A stretch of DNA of 62,906 bases, filler included, from Folioceros fuciformis (taxonomy: Eukaryota): the NCBI GenBank assembly GCA_049999805.1. It is 4 parts of 4 records of this genome, joined end to end, with 100 filler letters (N's around TTAATTAATTAA, not from the genome) between each part and the next. Parts side by side here need not be neighbours in the genome. Positions count along the whole stretch, not along the records: positions 21,380 to 52,458 come from JBNGIO010006289.1; 3 more parts are not named here. One strand, written 5' to 3'. Of the stretch, positions 23,831 to 36,000 are shown in pieces. The position numbers were made by a program, and so were the translations under genes. The notes under the pieces were generated by a model. That model saw nothing but the letters and a program-made list of their open reading frames with translations. It ran no database searches and was not told the DNA's origin. Each line of letters starts with the position of its first letter. Within the stretch, counting starts at the first letter, position 1.

Positions 23831-24241
23831 TCAGAAGCCTGACGCTGCATCGCCCGGAAGGGCCGGCGGGATCCGACGCTGGAGTTCAACGCTGCCGGGG
23901 AAGGGAATTCGGCATGAACCTACGGACGCAGTCTGAGATCCTGACTAATTTTGGAGCCCCGATCTGATATCACCACAACAACCTGCGATTAACGGGAGAA
24001 CGTAACGCCCTGGGCGCCAGTGGTTAGGAATGTCCAGTACTGTTGAATACCTTGCAAGTCCCAGGACGGGAAAGTCCATCCTTAGAATGCTCGTGGTGTT
24101 GTGGTCGGCAAATGATTTGGGACCCACAGTAGCCACTTGCGGTGACAAGCAATATGATCCGGTAATGAATCAAACAAGTATATTAAGGCTAGGCAAAAAG
24201 AGAACCTCGCATGGGTCGTGCTGCCTTTCTTACTTTATATG

Positions 24242-24255
24242 AAACCCTAACCCTA
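24242..24255 (+). promoter_or_regulatory. Telo-box (AAACCCTAA) upstream of RPL27a
   Basis: AAACCCTAACCCTA lies ~110 bp before the ATG; telo-boxes are typical of plant translation-machinery promoters. Confidence 0.7.
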
Positions 24256-24360
24256 GTGGCTTAGGTTTTCATATTGCTCACCTGGGGAGATCAAAGCCTT
24301 TCACTCCTGTTGGACCTCGCCGTAGACTGCGAGGCTGCCGGACGCAAGGAGGTGTGCGCG

Positions 24361-24801
24361 ATGACGACTAGGTTGAAGAAGAATCGCAAGAAGCGGGGCC
24401 ATGTGTCGGCCGGGCACGGGCGTGTGGGGAAGCACCGCAAGCATCCTGGAGGGCGGGGTAACGCTGGAGGCATGCACCATCACCGGATTCTCTTCGACAA
24501 GTACCATCCTGGGTACTTCGGGAAGGTGGGCATGCGATACTTCCACAAGACGAAGAACCAGTACCACTGTCCCATCGTTAACGTGGACAAGCTATGGTCG
24601 CTGGTGCCGGACGCGGTGAAGGAGAAGGCCAAGGGCGCCAGCGCCGCGCCCTTGTTGGATGTGACCCAGCATGGGTTTTTCAAGGTGTTGGGCAAGGGCG
24701 AGCTGCCCACGCAACCCGTGGTGGTGAAGGCCAAGTTCTTCTCCAAGCTGGCGGAGAAAAAGATCAAGGCTGCCGGAGGCGCTGTCGTGCTCACGGCGTG
24801 A
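24361..24801 (+). CDS. RPL27A: 60S ribosomal protein L27a (uL15), 146 aa
   Basis: [62 protein letters not shown]...AGGAVVLTA. Confidence 0.98.
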   Translation: MTTRLKKNRKKRGHVSAGHGRVGKHRKHPGGRGNAGGMHHHRILFDKYHPGYFGKVGMRYFHKTKNQYHCPIVNVDKLWSLVPDAVKEKAKGASAAPLLDVTQHGFFKVLGKGELPTQPVVVKAKFFSKLAEKKIKAAGGAVVLTA

Positions 24802-26073
24802 GAGGTTTAATGATTTTTGCAGCGCCTGTGGCGGAGCTGCGAGGGATTCGGTCCTTTCTTGGCTCTAGTAGAATCGCTGAGCTTCCAGATGCTCGGTGTA
24901 GAAGTGGTGTTGCGGCGGCTTTGCTAATGAGAAATCTGACTTCGTGCCTTTCAGTTGTAGGCTCTTGCCTTCCTTCTTCCAATTCATTCTTGTTCCGTGA
25001 CGTGGAGTGGAGCGTGAATTTTAGCAGACGTTTTTTCCGCCCTAACTTGTTTGCGTTGCAACCGTTTTCTCCGCTCTTACGTTTGCTACTATGAGCACTG
25101 AAGGTTTCGTCCGAGTTTCTCATGCCACCCATCTTCTAGAGGCCGTACCCATGTCCAGCATTGGCTTTGTTGTTCATGGACTCCGTGTGCGTGCCTCGTC
25201 GTTCCCTGTTATCCAGTGAACCAACCTACCAAATCACGCATGATGAGACCGGCCGAGACTCTTCCCCCCGGAATTTTGTATTGACCTTGGCAATGAATAT
25301 TTCCTGTTCTCAGATCACAATAACTGCTTCTTACTTGCCCGGCGAAGGTTTAGGTCCCTGGCCAATATCTTCATGTGCCCCTATTTGGTCTTCGCGTGGG
25401 TAAGCATCGCCGTGACGCAAGTCCTCTTCAGAGATGGTTGTGTTTCTTCGTAGTCCCTCATACCCCAGTGGAGTGAACACACGGAGTGATAGGCTTGGGG
25501 ACTTCCCTGCAATTAGGTAGGGACTAGGCTCTTCTCTGCAGTTAGGTCGGCCAAGAGAACGAATGGCAAGCAAGGCGATGCACGAATTCCCTCGATAGAG
25601 ATCCCTCAGAGAGGGTATGTGAAAATTTGTCACAGAGACAACAATCGCATTTCCCAGATGAGAAACACCAGGACACATTACAATCTGTGTACCAATTGGT
25701 AGCAATTGTACCAATTCCGCACAGGAACGGACTGTGTGCTTGAGGGCCTACTTACAATACATCAGGCCACCGTCCGTCGGCAGAAAAGCAAAGTCTGCGT
25801 TGTGCCGTTATGTGTAGGAATCGGTTACAGTTAAGATGAACCCCTTCTTCGATCCAGGGTAGCCCGGGTTTGCTCTCGATCCTTAGCCCCCTTTGGCCGA
25901 TCTTGCTCTTCATTTGTATATTGTCTCGCAACATGGACAGAACAGACTTGGGGCGGAGCTGCACATGACCTTGACAGCCTTCTGTTTTCTTTTTCTAATT
26001 TTGTTTTTTTGGTTATGGATCCTACGTTGTACTATATGCTTTAAGTTATGTTTGGAGATCATATTCATATTCT

Positions 26074-27230
26074 TTGCACTTAGATGATGTGCACTTTATG
26101 GCATCCAATGACAGTGTGATGCATGTCATGCTTTTGGCAACTTCAAGTGGTGCTCTTGTGGAGACGTTGCAGACATGTACAAGTCGTATTTGGTGGAAGG
26201 CTCCATCCTCTATAGGGCTTTGGGGAGAGCTACACAACATGCAAGCTTGGCACTTGGAAGGTCTTGAAAGAAGAGGTGAGCATTGGTGGAGAGAATACCG
26301 AATGTCATATCCAACTTTCATGGTTTTTATGCAACAAATAGAGCCTTTCCTGGTACGAACCTCACATAGAACACCAATACCATGTAATAAAGTTATTGCT
26401 TTGGTGTTGTATAGGCTTGGGTGGGGACTTCCTTTGCTCACCGTTGCTTCAAGATATGGTGTTGGTGATGCAACAGTTGTTCAGTATACTAAGCTTATTG
26501 TTTTCATCTTAAGTGACCCTACAAAGTTATATTCTTCATTTATTGCCATTTCGTCAGTTCGTCGACAAGCTGACATATCAAAAGCATTTGAGCAGTGGAC
26601 CTTATTTGTTGGTGCTATAAATGGATCTCTTATCAAGTTTGCCACCTTGTTTGTTGGTGCTATAAATGGATCTCTTATCAAGTTTGCCACCAAACTAGCT
26701 GAGCAGTACACTCTAGCAACATATCACTACAAACAATACAATATGCATTGCATGATTGTGCAAGTAGTATGTGACAACTAAAAAGATGGCATTGCATGGT
26801 TGTGCAAATAGTATGTGACAACTAAAAAGATGTTCATAGATATATGTGCAAATAGTCTAGCCGATTCAAATGACGTTGGTATTATGAGGAATAGTAGCTT
26901 GTGGCATAGCCTTATCATAAGCAAGACTAATATTTGCAAAGCCAATGATTGAAGTGGAGGGAGTTCTAGTACCACCTTATATCATTGGTGACTCCAAGTA
27001 TCCTTTAAGACTTTTTCTTATTAAAGGCTTCAAAATGCCTCCGGATGTAGAGCAAAGAGCATTCAACTCTTTGTTTTCTTCTAAGTGAGTTGTCATAGAG
27101 AATGCTTTCTCTTTACTGAAGAATAGGTGGAGAATATTGAAGAACCTCAATGTACATGTAAAATATGTTGCGAAGACAGTAGCCGCTTGTTGTGTTTTGC
27201 ACAGCTTTTGCATATTAACAGGCGAGTTAA
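26074..27230 (+). mobile_element. Degenerate PIF/Harbinger (HARBI1-like) DDE transposase
   Basis: YRMSYPTF, LVLYRLGWG..VASRYGVG, VGAINGS (D to N; 45-bp internal duplication), IIGDSKYPL, VIENAFSLLKNRWRIL, ACCVLHSFC. Stops and frameshifts. A second fragment lies near 28010-28160. Confidence 0.88.
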
Positions 27231-27439
27231 AACCTGCCAAAGAGGGGTGGATGAGTATCCTCTACCACATGATGTTTCAATTAACTGTCAAGTGCATATG
27301 AAGATGGTACGAAGAGTATTGCTCAGGCTCAACATAATGCCTTAATCATGCATTGGCGTAGACAAAGACAAGAGCGATAGAGCTGCATTATATTTTTGTG
27401 TATGAGTGTACTTTCTCTAGAGCTTTGCAAGTTGATTCT

Positions 27440-27985
27440 AGTGGTGTGTAGCACTTGTGAAGTCCAGTCATAGTTGGGGACTGAATGATACTTGAAGATG
27501 TATGGAAATTGTAGCAAATCATGTAGAAGGTTGAACTTTCGGCACTGTTTGAGAAACCATCATTCATTGGAATAGAAATATAAAAGTATAAGCTTGTAGA
27601 GCTCAGCAAGCTCTACAAGCTTGTACTTGCTTTAATTCGCACGTGTAAAACTTGCGAATTGAAGTCGTATTTGGGGACTAAATAGCATTGGAAGATATGT
27701 AGAAACATTAGCAAACTTTTTGGAATGCTGAACTTCTAGCGCTGTCTGAGCATCCATCTTTTATTGAAATGGAAATATGAAAATACAAGCTTGTAGAGCT
27801 TCAAAATCTAATTCTATTATTGTGTAGCACTTGTGGGGATATGACATATGTTGGGACTGAATGACGCTTGAAGATATGTAGAAACTTTAGAAAACTATTC
27901 AGAAGGCTGAACTTCTCACGCTGTTTGAGAAGCCATCTTTCATTGAAATGGAAATCTCAAAACACAAGCTTGTAGAGCTCTACGA
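27440..27985. repeat. Three degenerate ~188-bp tandem repeats
   Basis: GTGTAGCACTTGTG..GGGACTGAATGA..TTGAAGAT..TTCATTGAAATGGAAAT..AAGCTTGTAGAGCTC recurs three times. Confidence 0.8.
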
Positions 27986-28899
27986 TAATATTGGAGCTAA
28001 GGTGCAAGATGGTCAGTGGCGGTTTGTTTATAGAATGTCATATCCTAACTTCATGGTTTTGGTTCATATCCTTTCATCTTATGTGCCTCGCACATCAATT
28101 ACATAATCTCTTCAACATCACCATGTAGTTGTTATAGTCCTCCTTTGTCTTACTAGTGGGTTGCTACTTGCTCCAACGACATCCTACCCTTTAGACACCC
28201 CATCTAAGTACATATCCAAGTGCAAGAAAGGGATCAATATCAAGAAGGTCATAGCTATGGAATAGTACACTGTTATTCAATATGTGTTGTTTTTTTTAGA
28301 TATATTTATTCAACTAAATATTTAATAATATTCATAAATTTTAGAGCATTATTTTTTTTGTTTCCCATACTCTCAATATAGTAAAAAACTTGGTCGTGTA
28401 TGGAAGCAATGGTGCCTATACTAGTAGACATCATGCACCAAAATAAACTCACTACTTTTGTGATGTATGGTGCACACTTTGTTTATGCATAACCATAAGT
28501 GGTTAGAAAATTACATGTATGCACCAACACCATCCCGTTACATCTATTTCTTAGATCCATACATGTGTACAGATACCACACCATTACATATGTGGACCAT
28601 TGTATCCATCTGTGGGCCCCACCAACACCTTGTCCAGAGCACCAGCCCACATGCACCAACACTACATCACTGTAGCCATCCATGATCAGCGACAACACGT
28701 CTCCGTACAGGTTTCGAATTTCGCATGCTCCATGCAGTTTGGCATGTTATCCACGTCCGGTTGCATAAGACACAACGGTACTATGAGCACTGCCGTATTC
28801 CATAGCCCGTAGGGTATACGCTGCAGAATTATCCTGCATGAAACAGGAGAAAATGGGAGGAAGGAATGTAACAAGACCTCTGCGGTCAAAAGGCATCCA

Positions 28900-29405
28900 A
28901 CAAAGTCCAGTTCCCCACTAGCAACGCCGCCGCCACACCACTTTTACATCGAGCATCTGGAAGCTCAACAAATCTACCCCTACTGGAGCCAAGACAGGAT
29001 TGCAGCCCTCTCAGCTACGCCGCACAAATCAAACCACCTCTCATGTGGCGAGCAAACCCGCGCGTACGGTAACTATTATCTCTTCTCCGCCGGCGTGGGG
29101 AAAAACTTGGACTTAGAAAAAAACGGGCGGCGTGGACAAGCCGCCCTCCTCCCAACACCTTCATCAGTCCTGCTGAGTCACATCCAACAAGCGCTCGGCG
29201 CAAGAGAGTTGGCATACGCCCCTTTACCAAGTCCCTCAGCGCCCAAAGCTTGTCCACGTTCTCGGTGGAGCAATGGAGCACTGGTACTGGTTCTTCATGT
29301 CGTGGAAGTGGTGCATGCTGACTCGCCTTCCCGAACTACCCAGGATGGTGCTCGTGGAACAGAATCTGTTGATGCGGCCCGTTTCCTGAGTTACCCCACC
29401 TTACA
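28900..29405 (-). pseudogene. Inverted, 5'-truncated RPL27a pseudogene including 3'UTR homology
   Basis: The reverse complement contains CACCATCCTGGGTAGTTCGGGAAG, AAGAACCAGTACCA, AACGTGGACAAGCT, TTGTTGGATGTGAC and GAGCTTCCAGATGCTCG, matching 24450-24940. Confidence 0.9.
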
Positions 29406-29419
29406 CCATAATCGGGAAC

Positions 29420-32400
29420 CTAGCCGTTTCTCTTTGCCTTTCTGAGCCTTCCCGAATCCTGAGCTGCGCCATTCCGCCTTTTCGTTTTCTTCAGTCTCGA
29501 GGGCGTGGAATGCCCATTCTCCTGTGCGTCCACGGGCTGGGGATGTCCTTTCTCTTGTATGTCCGCAGACTCTTGTCCATCTTCCTGTATGCCAGTGGAC
29601 AGAGAATCTGCACTCTCCTGGGTGACCACAGACTGCGGTTGTCCAATGTCCTCTATGTCGTCTAGGCTATCTTCAAGAAGATACTCCAATCTCTTTAGCC
29701 TAGGTGCGTCAAGTGCCTTAATCGCTGCAAGCAACATTGGCACATCAACCACGTCTACCAATCGTAGATTGAAGTAGACTTTAGGCAGAGACTCCAGGCA
29801 GAAAACACAATATCCATAAGCTTCCTTGCGAGTGGAAGCTTTGTCTGGAGGCTTCTGGAACAAAGCAACCAGGGCCTCCCCCAGCATCTTCAGGTGCGGT
29901 TCCAGCGCCGCTGCCAAGCTCCCAGCCACCAAAGGTGCTCCCTTTGTACGCTTTGTTGTCTTGACATATAGCGCAAGTAGCTGCAGAGCTCGACATTGTA
30001 GAAACGCTGTCCTAGCAGACTTACACTGCTGAAGTAGGACAGTCACAAAAAACTCTCCTTGCCAAGGGTATCTTACTAGTATCTCGCTGAAGAATGTAGC
30101 TTGCAAACGCAGCTTTCTGTTCACAAAGAAATCCTGCAAAGAACCTGAAAATATATGCCTAAGATCTGTGTCATTCTGCAGCTCACTTCTTGACCAATTC
30201 CCATTGAGTACTTTCAACAGCCAAAACACAGAAAGCTGTGCGATGTTTCTAACTTCCTTGTTCAGTGATCGAGCCGCTACACTGATTGTCTTCGGTAACA
30301 GCTCCTTTACTACAGATTTGCTAACATCGGGACCTGTAGGATACTGTTTGGCTTTCAAGATTTTGCCCTTAATGATGTCACCAATCCTGCCAATCAACTC
30401 TGCGTTACCGTCTCCACTTGCGATAACAAACTGCTGCAACAACGTGCGCAAAATAGGGAACACCAGGGGACTAGATGAATTCTTCAGCAGGAATATCTCT
30501 AAGAGAGAGAGGGCTCGCAGCTTGAAATCTGTCAGTTGACTTTGGACATCTTTGTTGCTCTGACTACCATCACCACCTGCCTTCTTCTGTTGCAAAATTT
30601 TGGACAGGTGGAAGTCCATCGCAAACATCTGCTCGTCGTCCATGTCAGAAAGGTTACCATCCTCATCGTCTGAGTGTGACTTACTTGCTGTTTCATTGGC
30701 ATTGGCATTCCGTCCTCTTTTCTCCTCCACCTCAGGAACCTTCAAGACGTCCGCCACCTGCTTCTTTACTCTGCACTTGTCACCATTATTGACAACACCT
30801 TCCTCTTCATCCTCATCATCGCTCTCACAGTCCTCTTCTTCATCATCCTCAACGTGATCACTCTTGCTCTCTTCCTCCTCAACATCACTGTCATTGTCTA
30901 TGTCAACCACCTCGTCCTCATCACTGTCTTCCTCGACTTCGAAGGCAGGCCTGAAGCGAGCAGCTTTGGGTTGCTTCCGGACAACGCGCAGAATGGCCTT
31001 CAGACCATTAGCTGTGAGGTCCCTACAAAACACTTTGAACAATTGCTCTGCACCAGCTCGAAGGCGTGCAGACGGCTGTATTAGCACAGACAACAGAATG
31101 TCAACCAAAACATCCATAGTATGTGGAAGTTCATCGTTATCAACTGGGACAACTGCCACCGGCACCTCAAAATGCTGCCCAAGCAGGTATTGACAGCAAA
31201 GCAGCAGCTCTGCCACTATGTCACTTGGAGCATCTGGCTCCACATATATTTGAAAAATTAGCTGCACCAAAAACAGCCGCATAGCTCTCAACTTCGCTGC
31301 ACTCTCCCTGTCGCATGTAGATAGAGCTTTGCTCACTTGCACAAGAGCAGCATGAAGACCTGTCAAGGCCATCTTGGTTTCTTTCGACAGCGGACGCACA
31401 AATGACACATTCTCAATCTTCTGGACCCTGGACAGAAAGTCAACTACAAATCCTAAAAGGTCTTCTGTCTCTGATGAATCAACATTACCCCTGTCTGCTT
31501 CATTCCCCTGGTTTATGTGTTTGTGCTTCAAGAGAACAGACCGTTTGGTATCCACCAGAAGAGTACAGAGTCGAGTGACACACATACTCCGTACGAGGTT
31601 CGAGATGGCACCCTCCGGAAATTCCAACTTTTCACCCTCTTCTGTTATCGCCCTATCCATAGGAGCACTTGCCTGGAACAACCCATGCAAAGCCAAAAAC
31701 CGAAGAAAGTCTTTTTGCAGACTAGACCGAACCACAGGTTCAAGCTCCGCAACCTTAAAAACCAGCAGAAGCTGCTCTATAACCCAAACCTTTGCCGTAT
31801 CCAAACCTGAGTGATCCTCGGTAATCAGCTCTTCCCCACCGTCCTGCCCGTCTTTCACATCTTCCTTCGTGTTGTGCTCAGAAGAACCTGAGTCCTTTAT
31901 TCCACCTACCCCTACACTGGTTCCTTCGTGTTCATGTGCCCCACGAGAACCTTGAACAAAACATTCGAAGAGCCTCGTGATTAAAGTCCTCCAGCTTCGC
32001 TCACCTGATAGCTTGCTGACAAGAGTCTTGACTGTTTGAGTGCCGGACTTGACATCAAATTTCCCAGAAGTGCATCTTTGCAAGCTGATTATCACTTCAA
32101 TGATGCGCTCATCGTCTTGCTGGGCCCACTCACAAATTTCCTGTAAACACCGCTGAGCAGCTTTATGCAACCAAGTCTGCTGTCCAGAAAGCACATCCGA
32201 AAGGCAGCGCACTATCGGTCCAGTTAAAACAATCCTAATCAAAGATGGGCTCAAGCGAGGGAGGAGCAGAAGCAACAGCTCCATGGCCAAGTGCTTCCTC
32301 TCATGAGAAGAAGTTAATAAGCCCTCTTCCACCACAATCTCCCAAAAATTCTTTAGCCTGGTCTCCAATTCCTGACCGACATTTGATGCTTTCTTTTTTT

Positions 32401-33436
32401 TCCGTTTCCCTTCTGGAACCCCAACGTTGTTCCCTGACAGCAGCAGCTCCAGGAAGACTGGCCACAACGAGTGCACCCTAGGAAGGCTGCAGGTTGTTTC
32501 CTTCAAAATCGGCACTAGACATGACAAATGCGCCGGACTGAGCACCTGCTTCAAATCTTCAGAACCCGAAACCAACGCACAACTCGCCCTTGCTGGGGCC
32601 GGTAGTCTTGGGAACAATCTCAACGCCATTACCAAAGTGTCAGGGCTAGCGCCATCCGGCTTCGCCTGGATCCACTCTTGAAACAAAGGAGCGGAAAAAA
32701 CCCCCTTCCTCAAGATGTCTGTAGGCAGGGATTCTGAAAACTCTAACAGCAGAGAAACGGAGGGCTCCCGCAAATAGATCTTCCGGGCAGCGAGAGACAA
32801 CAGCAGCTGCGTAATCTCCTGGGCCAGCTCCACTGACATGGTTCTCTCTCTGAAACCTCGTATCAGAGCACCATATGCAAACAGGCGGCCTAACAGCACA
32901 TGTCTTGCTTCCTGGCCTTTCATGGAGGAGGCAGCCTCCAAATTCTTTTTCACCAGATTCAGGACAGCTTCCCCACCCACGCACGTCAGAGCACCAAGCA
33001 CCGCCGCAAGGGCAGAAGCAAATCCCTGTCGAACGGTCTCCCTGGAAGACGACAGACCCCGCACTAGCCGACGCAATGCGTAGCGCACATCTGGAGCACA
33101 TCCCGCCAGCAGAACTTCATCAGAGGAAGCTCCCAACACCTCCTCTTGCACTGCTTTATGCTTTCCCTTCCTACTTCCCTCCCAACCCTGCTGCGCCAAC
33201 GTCAGCTCCTTCACCAATGCAACCGAGGCCTCCTCCCTAGCTTTCTCATCTCTGAGCGAGAGATTCCAGTAAATCTGCAGCCCCACCGGCTTCTCAACAG
33301 CGCCACAAGCGTCCCCCTCAACTTCTCGTCCACTTGCAACTCCATTCTCGTACACAGCTACGGCTTGCTCGTCCACATCAAGCATTTCCTCTTGCTCTTC
33401 CTGGGACACCGCCTGCCGGCGGCGCTTACCACCCAT
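29420..33436 (-). CDS. MYBBP1A: MYBBP1A / DNA polymerase V (Pol5/phi) family rDNA regulator, ~1338 aa, intronless
   Basis: YALRRLVRGLSSSRETVRQGF, LLGRLFAYGAL, SSHERKHLA, FDVKSGTQTVK, acidic tract, DMDDEQMFAMD..L, FKLRALSLLEIF and a basic C-terminal NLS-like tail. First ATG at 33436. Confidence 0.93.
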   Translation of the reverse strand: MGGKRRRQAVSQEEQEEMLDVDEQAVAVYENGVASGREVEGDACGAVEKPVGLQIYWNLSLRDEKAREEASVALVKELTLAQQGWEGSRKGKHKAVQEEVLGASSDEVLLAGCAPDVRYALRRLVRGLSSSRETVRQGFASALAAVLGALTCVGGEAVLNLVKKNLEAASSMKGQEARHVLLGRLFAYGALIRGFRERTMSVELAQEITQLLLSLAARKIYLREPSVSLLLEFSESLPTDILRKGVFSAPLFQEWIQAKPDGASPDTLVMALRLFPRLPAPARASCALVSGSEDLKQVLSPAHLSCLVPILKETTCSLPRVHSLWPVFLELLLSGNNVGVPEGKRKKKKASNVGQELETRLKNFWEIVVEEGLLTSSHERKHLAMELLLLLLPRLSPSLIRIVLTGPIVRCLSDVLSGQQTWLHKAAQRCLQEICEWAQQDDERIIEVIISLQRCTSGKFDVKSGTQTVKTLVSKLSGERSWRTLITRLFECFVQGSRGAHEHEGTSVGVGGIKDSGSSEHNTKEDVKDGQDGGEELITEDHSGLDTAKVWVIEQLLLVFKVAELEPVVRSSLQKDFLRFLALHGLFQASAPMDRAITEEGEKLEFPEGAISNLVRSMCVTRLCTLLVDTKRSVLLKHKHINQGNEADRGNVDSSETEDLLGFVVDFLSRVQKIENVSFVRPLSKETKMALTGLHAALVQVSKALSTCDRESAAKLRAMRLFLVQLIFQIYVEPDAPSDIVAELLLCCQYLLGQHFEVPVAVVPVDNDELPHTMDVLVDILLSVLIQPSARLRAGAEQLFKVFCRDLTANGLKAILRVVRKQPKAARFRPAFEVEEDSDEDEVVDIDNDSDVEEEESKSDHVEDDEEEDCESDDEDEEEGVVNNGDKCRVKKQVADVLKVPEVEEKRGRNANANETASKSHSDDEDGNLSDMDDEQMFAMDFHLSKILQQKKAGGDGSQSNKDVQSQLTDFKLRALSLLEIFLLKNSSSPLVFPILRTLLQQFVIASGDGNAELIGRIGDIIKGKILKAKQYPTGPDVSKSVVKELLPKTISVAARSLNKEVRNIAQLSVFWLLKVLNGNWSRSELQNDTDLRHIFSGSLQDFFVNRKLRLQATFFSEILVRYPWQGEFFVTVLLQQCKSARTAFLQCRALQLLALYVKTTKRTKGAPLVAGSLAAALEPHLKMLGEALVALFQKPPDKASTRKEAYGYCVFCLESLPKVYFNLRLVDVVDVPMLLAAIKALDAPRLKRLEYLLEDSLDDIEDIGQPQSVVTQESADSLSTGIQEDGQESADIQEKGHPQPVDAQENGHSTPSRLKKTKRRNGAAQDSGRLRKAKRNG

Positions 33437-33569
33437 GGCGCTCTCCTTCGAGCTGGCCAAATTAAAAATACGAACACTCGACAGATCTATTGGAAAGACC
33501 TATAACGCTCTAAGTGAAGCTATAAGTAACCAATAGCTAATTAATAAATGAATCACGTATTAAATAAAT

Positions 33570-36000
33570 CATATTTTTTATTTTTGAAAAAAAGATGGAA
33601 AGTCCCATCTTTGGAAGACCTACCCTAGCGAGGCCAAAGGCTTAAAGGTACTAACCCGTTCGAACATTATTCTTAATAATTATTTATTGCTCCCAAAATG
33701 TGATGATGTGGAATAACAAAAAAGGCCTACCATTGCTCAGGAAGCCGCTTAACCTAGGCTTGTCNNNNNNNNNNNNNNNNNNNNNNNNNNNNNNNNNNNN
33801 NNNNNNNNNNNNNNNNNNNNNNNNNNNNNNNNNNNNNNNNNNNNNNNNNNNNNNNNNNNNNNNNACCTAGGCTTGTCGTTGTTCTAAAAACCGTGGTGGT
33901 CACCGCTTGACCTGGGCTTGTTAAACCGCAATTATCACCGCTTGACCTAGGCTTGTTGTTGTTCTAAAAACCGTGGTGGTCATTACTTGACCTGAGCTTG
34001 TCGCCGTTCTAAAAACCACGGTGGTCACCGCTTGACCCGAGCTTGTCCCCGTTCTAAAAACCGCGGTGGTCAATGCTCTTTGCAAAGCAATGTACGCATT
34101 GCCGAAAGAAGGCCACCACAAAGGGAGAATACGATCCTTATGACTCCCATAAACCTTGACACACTCTTTCATGAACCTCAAAAAGTCCTTGCCCATGGCC
34201 TTACAAGTCTTAAGAGCAAGGGGGATGAAAAAACGCCCATCTTGTATAGGATAATACTTATGGACTTTGGCGCTTGTACAACCCTCCACCACCCATTAGG
34301 GGCGTTGATGACAATGTGCTCACAAATCGAATCTCTAGTTGGATCCATAACAACCATATCAGCGACACAAAACCTGTTCCCCCCTAGTGAAATAAAAGTC
34401 GGCTCTAAGTGAAACCTTGTTGCACAAAGTATATGGACGCTCCCTATACGAAAGAAACCCACACTCCCTAGCCATTGAGAACATGACATCTCATACTACA
34501 TCATGGGTAGCAATGCAATGGCCCCAACCAGGACAACATGCTAAATGGGACCCTATATCGACAACAACAACCTCACAATTGCATGTAGAGAGAGAAAAAG
34601 CCAAGGGGTGGGCTAAACCTAAGTGAAATTTCATCACAATGGTGCCAAGTTGTTGGTGCGATTTAAAACGCTTAGATGCAAGGTTGAGCCAAAAGCCAAG
34701 AGCCTAGTCCTTTACCTGAACAAGGGCGAATACGAGCATGAGAAGATTTAGGAATGGATGAACATGAAAGAATGGCTCTTAGTGCTTGGCCATATTTCGT
34801 TTCTAAGAGGGGGGCCTAGAGACCCCTCAATTCTTCCCTAGAAAAGGAGGTGAAAGGAGATAAAGCCTCACGAACCTCCAAAAGTAAAGAGTTCCTCACT
34901 TGCCTAAGAGATACCTGTAAAGGGAAAACGCCCTTCTCAACACCTGAGATAAAACCTTCAAGAAGAGAGAATCTTGTAGCATAAACGAGAGGCCAAAATT
35001 GGAGCCAAGAGGACCCAACTACTAAGAAAGACAATTGGGGCAAAGACCTCTATGGCTTAAAGGCCAACCCCTCCAAAGACGATGCTTGAAGGGGACCAAA
35101 CCCTACATTTAGACATCTTAAGCCTCAACCCCACCTTGGAGAACTCTAATGAGAAGAAATCAAATGCTACTTTAACTATGACTCATTACCCAAGAATATA
35201 AGTGTTATTAGCCACAAATGGGAATATACCAAGGCAGGAGAAGACCACGCTCGAAAATGTGCCATTGCAAAAAGAGCAAGCCCTAGTGGATCCCCTTACC
35301 TTGTGCCCGTTGCTACATCAAACCCCCTCGATAGTTGGGCCATGTTGGTAGTAGAGCTTGGACGGCAAGCTATAGATGGAGCGAAAAAAGGCGATGAAAC
35401 GAACCAATTGACCTCTATATTCTTGAGCTCTACGAAGATGGCGACTATAACGACGGTGTTGAAAGCATTCTCGATATCAACCTACAAAGCTACCCAATGA
35501 GGATGTAACTCAAGGGCCGCCTGGATGTCAAGGGCAATAAATTCATACTCACTTGGGTAGCAATCCCAATTTGGTGGGGTGCAAGATGCGCTTAGAAGTG
35601 CTCCCGACGTTGAATTGCGTACTTTGGCTGATAAAACATAAAAACACCTACCCCATGGCAATAGGACGCAATCCTAAGGTGGGTTTTTCCAACGCTAGTA
35701 GCCTACTAGCCGCCAAAACCTGAGAGATTTAATTGGGAACTTTGCCCGTAGTCATAGCAGCTACTAGTGTATAAAGCTCCAAAAGACTACTTTAAGGATC
35801 CTCATGAAAAAAAGTCCTGAAAATGGCCATAAACTGCGCGAGACAAAACCCCTGAAAAAGAACTACGGCGCAAAAGAGAGTGCATGACCAAAAACAACCC
35901 TATCCAAGCAAAAAGGCTTCTTGACCGTGTGGTCAAGAAGATCTTGCGGTATAGTGTTATGAGATTCTGGGTGAAGGGCACGAAGTGCAACAATGGTGTC
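33570..36000 (-). mobile_element. Degenerate CRE-like (RLE-type) non-LTR retrotransposon
   Basis: RT motifs LRPIAMG, DIENAFNT, GTRQGDPLG. C-terminal RLE region ADMVVMDP and FIPLALKT..MGKDFLRF...IALQRAL. Internal ~45-bp tandem repeats at 33865-34070. Confidence 0.75.

Noticed and set aside
24274-24360. N-terminal extension of RPL27a from the TTG start in the ORF track
   Set aside because: The conserved protein starts at ATG 24361; the upstream part is 5'UTR.
25743-28812. Candidate Harbinger TIRs (GGGCCTACTTACAATAC / reverse complement GGGCTATGGAATAC)
   Set aside because: The match is weak and there is no TAA/TTA TSD, so the boundaries are not supportable.
29505-33240. Plus-strand ORFs within MYBBP1A
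   Set aside because: These are antisense shadow ORFs of a long coding sequence.
33437-33460. MYBBP1A start at 33460
   Set aside because: This is a non-ATG start; the first ATG is at 33436.
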